Source: Antedon mediterranea (lineage: Eukaryota; Animalia; Echinodermata). Taken from it: 64,000 nt of DNA. The stretch lies in contig NC_092679.1 of NCBI RefSeq assembly GCF_964355755.1, positions 11,205,432 to 11,269,431 of the forward strand, given 5' to 3'. This document shows, piece after piece, positions 25,562-38,371 of the stretch (position 1 is its first letter; every line of letters begins with the position of its first letter). The notes under the pieces were generated by a model that had not been told where the DNA came from, made no database searches, and saw only the letters and a program-made list of their open reading frames with translations. Both the position numbers and the translations under genes were made by a program.

Positions 25562-28500
25562 TGGACTTAGGTGTAAAGTACACAAACATGGTGCTTCATG
25601 TAGCGTAGATTGTCTATTAGAAATTTTTTATTGGGGAATTTTTCCATATGCAAATGTCAATGTTTTTTAACATCCACTTTTAATACGATTGTTTCATGTA
25701 TGTCAAGTAAGGAATATAATGATGTCATCATGTGATATTCGAGAGTCAGTTTGGGATTTGTTGGTTCATAATATACCAACTGGGTTTGACCCTAAGGGAA
25801 CTTCTAATGCAAGCATTTGAATGTCTATATAATACTTCTGCAGGTATTAAATTTGTAGCTAAATTGGAGAGTAAGCAAAAGTGTGATTCATGTCATTCAA
25901 TAGAGGACATTAAATCTGTGACCAAAGCCATCTTTAATTATTCCCAAAGTGTGAACAAGATGTTCTCTTATAATTTTAATACATCTGTAGAAGCACTTGT
26001 CAAGCAATCATTACAGTATTCATTAAGGAATAATCATGAATTTTATTGCAGTCAATGAGGAGATTTAAGGGCAGTCAAAGGTCAGTGTGACATGCCAAAT
26101 TTTCTGATATTAAATATTGGGCTTGTAGATTTCCAAAATTGTCAAAAACCTCCAATTGTTATCCCTGAAATTGCTAATATATACACGGTAGCCAGTTTAT
26201 GTTAACATCTGCTATTCAAATGGAGCCAAGTCATTTTGTGGCAATATGCAGGAAAGATTCAGAATACTGTGTGATTAATGATATGGCAAAAAATGTTCAG
26301 TCATATCCTACATTTGCTGCGGCCGTTCAAAGAAACCCTACAATTGAAAGTAAGGCAGAACCACTAGCTAGTGGGAACGATGTAGGAACCAGAAGAGGTA
26401 TTCATATAGTCATCTATGCAAAAGTTGTAACAGAAAGGACTGCCTCGTTAACAATATCACATCGCCATAAAATTGTCACAGACCTTGTTATCCCTAGTAG
26501 TACAGATAACCCCGATGTTGAAATGAGACAGAGCAGTTCTAACCATTTTAGTTCACCTGATATGCATAAAGAGGTTAGGGCAGATAAAAACATCACTACT
26601 AATACCAAGCCAGTCACAACTAGTACTCCTACTTATCGTAATAATAGTAAAGGTTTTCATGTCATCCCACCTTTGAATAGTACGCCTGTACGAAAATGCT
26701 TTCCGAAAATCAGGCCCATTATCCCTATGGAAAATAGTCATACCTCAGAATCCCTTTCCTTTCAAGACAAAGAAAATGTAAATCCAATAACAGACACACC
26801 TAAGATATTGCAAAAAAACAAAAAAAAGGAGTACATTGAGAGACCTTCAATCACACGAAAATGAGTTTGCTAAAAGAAAGTGTACCTTCCAAGAAAAAAC
26901 AGTTGGTGTTGGAATTCAAATTACGCCAAAACATTTTAATGATATCAATGTTATAAATATATGTGCCCATAGTATCTTGTATATCGCATATGAAGACAAC
27001 CTTTTTTATGACACCCAAGAAATATTTAAATTGTTAGGCCAGTACGGAGAAATATTTAGACGGGGATATGTAAAGTTCGATCAAATTCTTAAAAATAATA
27101 AAGTTGACCCAAGCAACTCATTTTTGACTTTAGGAAGAAATAGAAAATGGATAAAAAAGAAAGCTTTATTAGTGATTCTATCCAATGGGTCCTTTAAAAA
27201 CCAACATCTGATCAATTTTGTTAAGAGTGAAATTGACAGAAACAATGCTGAGAAATCCCCTAATCTAAAGGTAAGTAGTACAGATGATGATGCAGATAAA
27301 GATACTGTACGATTCAAAACAGATGAAATATTTGCAGCCATGGGCATTAAAAAACACATACAAAAAGAAGGGTTTAAGTCTATTGACAGATGCCTTATTA
27401 GTCAGGGGTTTGTCCCTAATGAATGTTTCATTTTACGGGGTCGCAAAAGAATGTACATAACTCTTGATGCAGTGCACTACCTGGCTTCATTTCTACCACG
27501 CCAAATGTTACGATGCGACAAAAGAAAATCATTTACAGATTCATTAGTATTAGCACTTACGAAATTTGCCCTTGGAAACAACAGACTGAGTGGTACTCCA
27601 AAACAGAAATCTTTGTCAACCTTACAAGAATTTGTAAAAGACAGATTTACTGACAAGCAAGAATTCATAGATGCTTTAGCCACCATGATCAGCAGTACCT
27701 CTAGGAACACAGATGACAATATGAAACTGTCCGAAGAAGATATTACTTCAATGCTGTATAGTGCCAGGTTCTAAATCGAAGCGAGGAGCAAAAATAGTTA
27801 ATAAGAGTGTAACTAATGTATACAAGTTAATTAATCCAATAAAGGCAGAAGATATTATCAATAGTAGAGAAAATTATGTGGCGTTCGATTGATAAATCGA
27901 ATGAGAAAGTTAGTGCCTGATGTTTTACCATCAAGACTCAATGAATCTAAAGTTACAGCAAGACTAAATGAAGAAATGAAAGCAGTGTTATGTCCGCGTA
28001 GGATATCTACCGGATGGTACGTCGATCCTATACGTTTAGTAAAAGTATTGCTATTTAGATATCCATTCTTGGAAAGATATACATTTAAAGATTCAAGGAG
28101 GGTGGTCGCAACATAACTTATTTAGGGATTTCGTTTGTTAACCACAAATTTAAATTAGACGGCCACTCTTATCAAAATCCAAAGGAGGTTTACCCTGTAG
28201 CCCTATTCTATGAGAGCGATTCTAGGGACAACTTGGAAGAAAACATGAAGTATCATTTTATGGAAAGGCTGGTAACAACTGCCCCAAAAAAACGCTACGT
28301 TTTATTTAGGTGGTGATGAGATGTTTCTCCAAAGTGTTTTGGATGACTCCTCAACCTTAGGTCCCACAACTGAAAGAGGGTGGAACATATACCATGAATG
28401 TGGAAAAGATGCCAAAAAAAGCTAGTTGCTGAAAATGGTTTGAGGACAAATTTGAAAGTGCCTATGGACCGTGTACACCCTGTGTCATTACTTCCATCAA

Positions 28501-29632
28501 TTAAGTTAGATCAAATATTGCCTTGCATCCTTCCATGGAGTACCTTCACTGGATATCTAGAGCTACTGAAAAGTTGCCAACTTTAGAAGTAGAAAAAATA
28601 TTTTCACTATCAAACAAGTTTTCAGAAGTTAATGTCAACACCAACACTGATGACCTGGTCAAGAATTTAGAGACAAACATCAATTTGAGAGGAATTAGAC
28701 ATGGGAATTTTAGAATTGTAATTGACAAAAGCGGAAAACCAGAGCAAATATCCTTAAATAAGGATGATGCAATAACAATTGTTAGCCCCGCCCCTCTTGA
28801 AAAGGAGAAAGATTATCCCCATGTGCTTACTAATGTTGTTCCCTGTGTCAAAATGGTTAACCCTCTGCCTGATAATGTGAAAGAGTTTTTGAATTTGAAT
28901 GAAGATTTAACCGAGTTTTCATGTGTATCTATGGTATGGGAAAGTTTGTACTCAATGTTTGAGATTTTGCAGAAAGAACCCCAGCACATCATTAAAGAGG
29001 GATGTATGTCAGGATTTACCAATTGATGTGCCTTCGTCGGTTTTCTACTGAGGGGGGGTGAACATAGTCACTATGATCGAAACTGCTTTTACTACCACCA
29101 TACAACGCGAAATGGTGGTAAAAACAGTTTCGATCCAAACTATGCTCAATTCAACACACTTTGGAGAAGGCTTTCCTATGAAATTCAAAATAGTGAATGC
29201 GTTAACGCAAAAGAATTGTTTAAGGAATATGTTACAAGAAATGTAGCTGCTTCGAAGATACAACGCTGCTTTCGCACGTATTTAGTGAAGAGAGATCTAC
29301 ATAACTCTGGATTTATCCAAAACCCTAAGACAGAGGAAGAAAAATTAAATAACTTAAAGTGTCTGTCAACCTTAATACCAAAAGAAGAGTCCACTATCAA
29401 AAAAACAAAGTTGTTTTTCGGAAAAAACGTTCATAATAACCGGGAATGCTCCAAAACAGAACGGAAATAAAATGACTCAAACAGTCTCAGAATTATTAGC
29501 AAATAATGGAGGTAAAGTTAAAAAAAAAATTCAACCAAAACATTTGTTGTACTAACCAATTTGCCGAAAAATCATAACGCTAAAGTTCCAAATATTGTAA
29601 AACAAGCTATACGGAAACATTGTCATGTAGTG
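25562..29632 (+). pseudogene. USP-like peptidase fused to a RAG1/Transib/Chapaev-like DDE transposase, IQ motif and BRCT-like start (5' part, many frameshifts)
   Basis: Cys box GL..HKHGASCSVDCLLEIF; CDSC and CSQ(C) pairs; MPNFLILNI; His box SHFVAICRKDSEYCVINDM. Transposase motifs YPVALFYESDSRDNLEENM, YLGGDEMFL, LPCIL(H)G, RFSTEGGEHSH. IQ motif AASKIQRCFRTYL. No splice signals are needed to join the frames. Confidence 0.65.
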
Positions 29633-31640
29633 CAGGGTTCTCACCACGCCAGTCGGCCCGTCCGGCACTCAGAATTTCCGACCGGCACAAACAGGCTCCC
29701 GACCGGCACAAATTATTAGATCTAAGACCTAGCCTAGGCCTAGACAAAATACCTTGTCCTTAACCTTAAAAAAGCCAAATCTGTGCTATTATCTAACATA
29801 ACAAAACAATAGCCTTTCAGTTCACCCCTTTGTCTTGCAAACAAATAAAACGTCGATCAATACAATACAAAGCCGTCGATAACCAACAACGCCCAACGAA
29901 TCTTGTTAGGGTGGTGTTTATGGCTTTATGGATCGGGCACACCACGTACATAGTGGCTTGATGCAAATACAGTACTGGCAAATGGCCAAAAATCTACACA
30001 GTACACGTGCGTGAAGTGTTTGTGTCGACCGATCTCTTGATGAATGCGAAATTAAATAATTAGAAAATAAATAATAAAATTATGCTATATTTATATCATC
30101 TCATTGCATGCACATTAGTTATTATTAGTATATTATTAAAGTTGTTTCCAGTTAGTTACTGCAGGCACTCTACATTTATTCACAGTTAGTTACTGCCGGC
30201 ACTCTACATTTATTCTCTTTTTTTTTTTACCGGTGCCGCTGTCAGCACTGCTTGACATCGGTCTCTCGTCAGTCTCGCTTTTATGTTATTTCTTGATGTT
30301 TTTTGTTATTCCTGATTAATGGTTTCGTGATATTTTGTATTTTGAAAGGTTGTGCTACTGAATTGTGATGTTTATATATTGAATTATGTACTGTATGTTG
30401 TTGTTTGTTGGTTTCAATTGCTAAGCCAAAGAACCTGTGTAGACTCATCACATCGGCCATATAGAACAATGAACACCGGCGTGATTTACATACCTACGAA
30501 CCGTCAATGCAGAAATTTCTCTAAGCGACACAGGCCTAGAGGTAAGCACGGCGGACGTAATCTACGTAGGAGAATTAACGTTAGAATAACTGTCCATAAT
30601 AGAAATTCTAATAAATACAACCGTGAGCGGAACCCAGTGAACTTGATTAACATCAAATGCTTGATTAACATCAAATGCCGGAGATCCGATATTAAAGAAG
30701 TTCCTTGTCCGAAAATTTTGTACACCAACGCTAGATCAATTTGCAATAAAGCGGACGAATTTTATTGTACTTTAAAAAGATATGATGCCAAGATTGCTGT
30801 TATAACCGAGTCATGGATGAAAGACGAGACGGAAGAATTTGTTAATGTACCTGGTTATGGAATTAGTTCTAAAAATCGTAGAATTCGTAGAGGTGGTGGT
30901 GTTGCCATTTTTGTGGACGAGAATTTACGCGCACCACGAATGCCAGTACGAATGCATCTGGAATAAAATTTCTTATAACACAGGCAAATGTTTAGAAGAT
31001 ATTTACATAGGGGACATATATTATCCCCCATCAGCTAATTATGGTGATGACCTCCTTGATCACATTTTTACGACTGTTGATGGAATTCGTATAAATAACC
31101 AGTCTGCTAACATTTTAATATTTGGCGATTTTAACCACCTTAATACTGACACGTTTTGTAGCAACAAAATGACACAGCTAATTAATTTTAACACAAGGCA
31201 CGGTGCCACACTGGATAATCCAGATATGTTTAAATCAACGCGCCGGTTAGCTCCTCTTGGTAGAAGTGACCATTGTTGTGTCCTCATCGAACCGAAAGTC
31301 GCTTTTAAGGATTCTACATCAAACAAAATTTCTGTCAGACCCTACACCGATTCTGCAGTAAGACAATTTGGGCGATGGATAACAACACACGAATGGAAGT
31401 CTATTACCAGCAAAGTTGACGTCAATGTTGCTGGGTTTATGTCAATACTTAACGGGAAATTTTCATCATGCTTTCCTAGTAAGATATTAAAGAAGCGTTC
31501 AGCAGATAAACCGTGGATAGACAGAAAGCATTTAGTTGCAATCATACACAGCGTTGGCGTAAACTTAGGAACTCCGTACAGAAGGCCATATCCCACGCCA
31601 AAGCCACTTTCTACAAGAATTCTATTCAATGCCTCAAGCG

Positions 31641-32331
31641 CCCGGGGGGGTCACTCTTAAATATTTCCATACGGGGAGGTGCCGCATTTACGGGTATATT
31701 TTCGAGGGCCTGGTAGCACAAGTGTGGGAAAATATGAAGAGTTGGTAGCACAAGTGTGGTAAATGACAGGGTGAAATTAGTAGTTTAAGTCCCTAGCCCG
31801 CCTACCCGTGTCAAAATGTCACGATTTATCGCCAAATTTTGCAGGTATTTTAGCATACTGGATGCTATATAAGCCGATCGCTAAATACCTTTGAATAGGC
31901 CTAGAGTTTTTTGCATCAGCAGAAGAACACGAAACATCCAGCCTAGGACAAAATCATTCAACTGTGACCACTCTTGATCATTGTCGTCATGCACCCCGCG
32001 GATGCGCGATAAACTTTCAAAACACGTTCGTGATTTTTTCATGAACGGTCTTTTTGGCCATGCGCAGATCATGCTGGGAACCAGTACAAATTTTTCCCCC
32101 TCTCTGGCGTGGCCTTGTTTCTGCCGTCTTTTTAGAGAACACTGGATTTTGGTAAATGGTAGTTTAAGTCCGTAGTATTTTTCAGTAAAACAGGTAGCGC
32201 AAGTGCCTCATGTCTTGAAGTGGCTGCTGCACCCCCCCCCCCCCCGTTTGGTTTATATACAAGTGACCCCCCCCCCCCCCGTTTGGTTTATATACAAGTG
32301 ACCCCCCCCCCCCCCCCCCCCCCCCCCCGGG
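31641..32331. mobile_element. MITE with CCCGGG(G)nTCACT termini and 8-bp TSD
   Basis: CTCAAGCG flanks both sides. The LINE frame QCLKR|DDPKKW is restored on removal. The right terminal block is repeated internally. Confidence 0.9.
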
Positions 32332-33574
32332 CTCAAGCGAGATGACCCCAAGAAGTGGCATGATGGCATTTCTAATTTGTGTAACTTGAAGAAAAGGAAA
32401 ACGTTTAGTATTCCGGGCCTTTCTCTTAGTGAAACCATTGAATCTGTCAATACGCACTTCGCGAGTGTCTGCTCTGAATTACCTGCTTTGCAACCCTCAC
32501 AGTTACCATCTTACCTTCCAGCGTTGGAGCCACCTGTAATCTATCCAGGTCAAGTGAAAGCTGTTATGGATAAATCAAAAATCAAAATAATCAAGCCATC
32601 CAGACGACCTCCCACTTAAGCTGATAAGAGAATTCTCACCCGAGTTAGCCCCTCCTCTTGCTGAGATTTTCAACTCTGAGTTACGCGAGGGTAAATTTCC
32701 TAACATTTGGAAGACTGCTACCATTGTACCGGTTCCGAAGGTTTGCAATGCATCTAACGTTAATGATCTTCGCCCTATTTCGTTAACACCCATTTTCGGT
32801 AGAATCTTTGAATCGTTTCTAACGGCCTGGATCATGGAGGATATTGTTAATGATATCGATAATAAACAGTACGGAAGTCGCAAGAACTCGTCTACCACGC
32901 ATTACCTTGTGGACTTTATTAACACTGTCTTATCTGACATTGATTCAGGTGGAAAGTTTGTGAATCTATGTGCCATAGATTTCACCAAGGCTTTTTTGAT
33001 CGTGTGGATCACACGATTCTGATTAGTAAATTAATAAATATTGGGGTTCGTCCGTCTATAATTCCAGTTATTAGTAGCTTCTTAACCAATCGAAATATTA
33101 ACACCAAAATTTGTCAATGTGTTTCGTCCACCGTAGGCATTACGTGTGGTGTAGGCATCATGTGTGGTGTCCCCCAAGGGACTAAGTTGGGTCCCATCCT
33201 TTTTTTAGTGCTTGTCAATGATGTTGCCCAAGATACTCCTAAGAGGTGGAAATATGTGGATGACTTAACCATCGGGGAAGTTGTTAATTATAGAAGGGGA
33301 AATGATAAAAAAATGCAAACTATCCTTAACAATGTTGACACTTGGTGTTCTAGCAACAGCATGCTCCCCAAACCTAGTAAATGTCATATTATGAGAGTGT
33401 CCTTTTTACAGGGCCACACACCGCAACCAATTTTTACACTTAATGACCATGTCATCGAAGTGGTTGAGTCTTTAAAGTTACTAGGGGTTGTAATACAATG
33501 TGATCTTAAATCAAGTTAATGAATGTGTTTCTAAAGCATCTAAACGACTTTTTACCCTTTCCATTCTTAGGAAA

Positions 33575-36500
33575 TAGTAGAGTAGAAATAAGGTTTCACC
33601 TCAAAAAAATTGCAACAAAAGGTATTTCAACGGATTTTGGTAGTATTAGGTGTACTAAACAACAGAAAAAAAGTCTCAAGAATTTCGACCCCCGGAAAGT
33701 GGTTTTTTTTCAAGATGGCCGCCAAAATAGATAAAAAGTGAAAATGGCCATACCTCCTAAACTACTTGGTCTATTGATATAATTTTGGTACCAACATACT
33801 CAGAACATACATATTTATATTCGCTATAATAAAACATTTTGGGCAAAATTGATCGGAAATACCATTTCTGACAATTTGACCTTTGACCTTGATATGTTGT
33901 ATCTTGGTAACCACTGACCGTAGGGAAACAAATGATGGCTCAAATTGTTCAGAATGTACATATTTACATTTATTGTAATGAGACATTTTGTCAAAAAATG
34001 GTTAGAAGTAAAGGTTATTGACCTTTAACCTTTATCTATGTAGAATTTCCATATCTCGGCAACTATGTGTGGTAGAGATTTAAAATTGGGCTCTAAATAC
34101 TGAGAATATACTTATTTATATTTACTCTAATGAAACAGTTTGACAGAAAATGACCAGAAACGACATGTTTGACCATTGACCTTGATATGCTATATTTCGA
34201 TAATGACTGACTGAGATACACCATTTATGGCTCAATTTGTTCAGAATATAATTATAACTTTTAAATTTCTAATTACGGTATAGCAGCAATTGATTAGATA
34301 TTGTGCATGTATTTAGTACGGCATCTTAAACAACTGTTCCAACTTCGTCTTCATCATCGTCATCAATCTTTCTATCTACGTTGTCCCATTCTTCTAGTTG
34401 ACACACTCCACAAACTGAAGTACATGCCAATCCATAGCGTCTACAACTGCAACATACATCCAGTAGTTACAAAGGATGATTTTCAAAGTTCTTCTGGAGC
34501 AGCAGTTTCCATTGTCATTATTGGCACAAATGTTTTATTACAAACTTTCCATCCCCACTTGGTAGCATCCATGGTATTATCTTTCTATAGCCATTGCATG
34601 ATTTGACTGACATTCTGTAGCAGATGACGTTGGTGGTAGTTGTTGAGGCTAGGTTTGATAAATGATTTACCCTCAACAACTTTTTTATTAAATAGCTTGC
34701 ATCTGTAGCTATTCAGGGAATCCAGTGACTTCGCTCCAAAAAGAATAGACATGTCCTTCAGTCCAAACTCCTCGATAGTTTAAAGTTTCTGATGCGGTTG
34801 AGTGAAAATATCGGCACACATGTCATATTCTGGGTTACTTTCAATCAATTTATTAAATGCCGCTTTCTTGCCGATTCTGAAAATCCTAGACGTCGAATCA
34901 CAACCAGTGAATGCATGCACTATGGGTAATGCATTTCACATTTATATCCTAAAACAGATTTCAATCTGGTTACATTAATCACTCTAGTAGGCCCATCTTT
35001 TCCTTTGTCTAATCTGAAGTACACTTCTCGGTTTGTTGTATTTACATGATACAGTAAAAGTACCAGTAAGTCCGTGTCTTCTCCAATCAAAGTTACTGTA
35101 TTATGTTCAGAGACTTCAACTGTTGCCAGAGCAATGTCAATATCGGCATTGTTTTTTTAGTTTTTTTTAAACCATATTTAATGAGGGTGATCCACGCAGC
35201 TATTGCTGATCATTAGGGACCCTCAGAGGTTCACAAGACAAACATATACACAAGATGCTCTACAAAACAAAGTCTTATTACAAGTCTTTGGGAGTGGAGT
35301 AATTTGGTCCTTAGAAAAAATCCTGACATGTGACGGGACTTGAACTCAGGACCCTTGGAGTGGTAGCCAAGCATCATAACCATAACTCGTTGGCTGCATG
35401 TCGTACAGGACATTCTTTTTTCTGTAGCTCATATGAAAGCATGTTGATAAATTTGTGTTTGTTCTCATGCCTTGACAGGAATTCTTCTTTCTTTCCATCA
35501 AATTCAGTTAGGACAAATCTCTCTAGACGATGTAATGAAATATGAACTAAGTCCGTTTCCACCCTCACTCTTCGAAGCCAAAGACACCTTTAGGAAGGCA
35601 AATAAACCAATAAATTGATAGAAAGTAACCTAGAATATGACACTGATGTGTGCCGATATTTTCACTCAACCGCATCAGAAACTTCAAACTATCGAGGAGT
35701 TTGGATTAAAGGCCATGTCTATTCTTTTTGGAGCCAAGTCACTGGATTTCCTAAATAGCTACAGATGCAAGCTGTTTAATAAGAAAGTTGCTGAGGGTAA
35801 ATAATTTATCAAACCTCAACAACTACTACCACCAACCTCATCTGCTACAAAATGTCACAGTCTTAGAGTATACTATCAAATCATGCAATGGATAAAGAAA
35901 GATAATACCATGGATGCTACCAAGTCGGGGAAGTTTTTAATAAAACATTTGTGCCAATAATGACGATTGAAACTGCTGCTTCAGAAGAACTTTTGAAAAT
36001 CATCCATTGTAACTGTACTACTGGATGTAAAACTGTATGTTGCAGTTGTAGATGCTATGGATTGGCATGTGCTTCAGTTTGTTGAGTGTGTCAACTAGAA
36101 GAATGGAACAACGTAGATAGAGAGATTGATGACGATGATGAAGACGAAGTTGGAACAGTTGTTTAGGATGCCATACTAAATACATGCACAGTATCCAATC
36201 AACTGCTGCTATACCGTAATTAGAAATTTAAAATTATTATTATATTCGTTTTTGTTTACTTTTCCGGTTTTTTATTCACTATTATTATTATTAAGAATGT
36301 ATACAGTATGTTCTGAACAATTTGAACTTGAACTCATATTCTAAATATAATATAATAAATGTAAAATATTACAGTTACTTGATTCCCAGGAAAGCTCTTA
36401 ATTCCATGGGTAGATTAGACCATTACGAAATAAAATAATTATATTCTGAACAAATTGAGCCATAAATAGTGTATCTCAGTCAGTCATTATCGAAATATAG

Positions 36501-37128
36501 CATGTCAAGGTCAATGGTAAAAAAAAATGTCGTTTCTGGTCATTTTTTGTCAAACTGTTTCATTAGAGTAAATATAAATAAGTATATTCTCAGTATTTAG
36601 AGCCCAATTTTAAATCTCTACCACACATAGTTGCCGAGATATGGAAATTCTACATAGATAAAGGTTAAAGGTCAATAACCTTTACTTCCAACCATTTTTT
36701 GACAAAATGTCTCATTACAATAAATGTAAATATGTACATTCTGAACAATTTGAGCCATCATTTGTTTCCCTACGGTCAGTTATTATCAAGATACAACATA
36801 TAAAGGTCAAAGGTCAAATTGTCAGAAATGGTATTTCCGGTCAATTTTGCCCAAAATGTTCTATTATAGCGAATATAAATATGCATGTTCTGAGTATGTT
36901 GGTACCAAAATTATATCAATAGACCAAGTAGTTTAGGAGGTATGGCCATTTTCAACTTTTTATCTATTTTGGCGGCCATCTTGAAAAAAACCACTTTCCG
37001 GGGGTCGAAATTCTTGAGACTTTTTTTCTGTTGTTTAGTAGACCCAATACTACCAAAATCCGTTGAAAAACCTTTTGTTGCAATTTTTTTGAGGTTGGCC
37101 CCTTTTTTTCATTAGTTCTACTCTACTA
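33575..37128. mobile_element. Fold-back Academ derivative (two 3' ends, head to head)
   Basis: TAGTAGAGTAGAA...TTCTACTCTACTA with AAA TSD; inverted arms over 1.2 kb. Minus strand GEDTDLLVLL and HAFTGCDSTS; plus strand YELSPFPPSLF and the CXC tail IHCNCTTGCKTVCCSC. The LINE frame SILRK|ALAP is restored on removal. Confidence 0.88.
35152..35388 (-). mobile_element. tRNA-derived SINE (5'-clipped) with LINE-like 3' tail
   Basis: Minus strand: TGGTTATGATG, CTTGG-loop-CCAAG stem, B box GAGTTCAAGTCCC, GAGGGTCCCTAATGATCAGC...ACCCTC, A-rich tail. It interrupts the Academ frame HAAN|NADID. Confidence 0.7.
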
Positions 37129-37769
37129 AAAGCTTTGGCCCCAGCTAACGACCTGTTAACTGTTTTTACTACGTACATACGTCCAGTTTTGGAATATGCG
37201 TGTCCCTTGTGGCATAGCTCATTAACCAATATCCAATGTACTAGAATTGAAAGGGTACTAAAGAGAGCTCTAAGATGTATTTACGGTGCTAATTACATCA
37301 GTTATGAAAATGCTTTATGATTATGTTCCCTTGAAGCCAGAAGAGATAACTTGATGATGAAATTTGGGAAGGGGATACTACTCTCTAAACTCTATCGTGA
37401 TATGCTTCCCCCTTATCGTAACCGCAGACGCAATTTGAGAAATTTTAATTTGTTGGATGCCCCCTTGTGTAAAACTAATCGTTGGAAACGCTCTACCATC
37501 CCTAACATTATTGATAGAATGAAGCTTCTAAAACTAAAACTTTGTAGGTTTATAACATTAATAATAATTACCGCATGTTTTGGCATTTTAAATTTTAAAT
37601 ATTTTTAACGGCTTTTTAATGATCTTATTTTCTGTGTACTTGTATATATTATATTGTTGTTAGAGTCTTTTAAATTTTTTACTTTGTACGTTGTTTGCAG
37701 AATTTTTCAGCCGTTGGCTGCCTTCTGTTTGTACTATTTATGTGTTTTTTATGAATAAATACCTATATA

Positions 37770-38135
37770 TTAATTACTGCCGGCACTATACATTTATTCC
37801 CAGTTAGTTACTGCTGGCACTCTACATTTATTCCCAGTTTTTGGCATTTTTTCCAAAAAAGTTAGTTACTGCAGGCACTCTACATTTATTCTAGTTAGTT
37901 ACTGCCGGCACTCTACATTTATTCTAGTTAGTTACTGCAGGCACTCTAAATTTATTCCCAGTTAGTTACTGCAGGCACTCTACTTATTCTAGTTAGTTAC
38001 TGCCGGCACTCTACATTTATTCTAGTTAGTTACTGCCGGCACTCTACATTTATTCCCAGTTAGTTACTGCCGGCACTCTACATTTATTCTAGTTAGTTAC
38101 TGCCGGCACTCTACATTTATTATAGTTAGTTACTT
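37770..38135 (+). repeat. 30-32-bp minisatellite inside the hAT (two further copies at 30150-30216)
   Basis: GTTAGTTACTGC(A/C)GGCACTCTACATTTATT repeated about 11 times; the array is split by the LINE. Confidence 0.9.
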
Positions 38136-38371
38136 AATTAAAAGAAAATACAAAATGACAAGAGAATATCAAGAGCGCGGTATGCAACGATCCATCAAAG
38201 CGGCGCCTTTGTTGTAGGGCCGCATCGCCCAAGCACGCGACTGTATTGACATCGTTATCGCGGCAAAGGGCTTTGTGCGCGATGCGTCAATAAAGCTCAA
38301 TCAGACTGTCACGTGGTTCTGATTCACTACTTTCGCACCTTCTTGCTACAAAACCAGGTAAAACGTATAAA

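Larger units (their letters stand above)
30217..37765 (+). mobile_element. Near full-length L2/CR1-group LINE (APE endonuclease + RT), decayed
   Basis: ILYTNARS..ITESW, GGGVAIF, GDFN, SDH; RT DFTKAF, GVPQGTKLGP, KYVDD; C-terminal IRPVLEYACPLWH; AATAAA at about 37755. Confidence 0.9.

Noticed and set aside
32182-32457. Gly-rich ORFs
   Set aside because: They are translations of the poly-C tracts at the MITE end.
33771-36922. Twin 71-aa ORFs MSHYNKCKYVHS on opposite strands
   Set aside because: They are chance ORFs in the non-coding inverted arms of the Academ fold-back.
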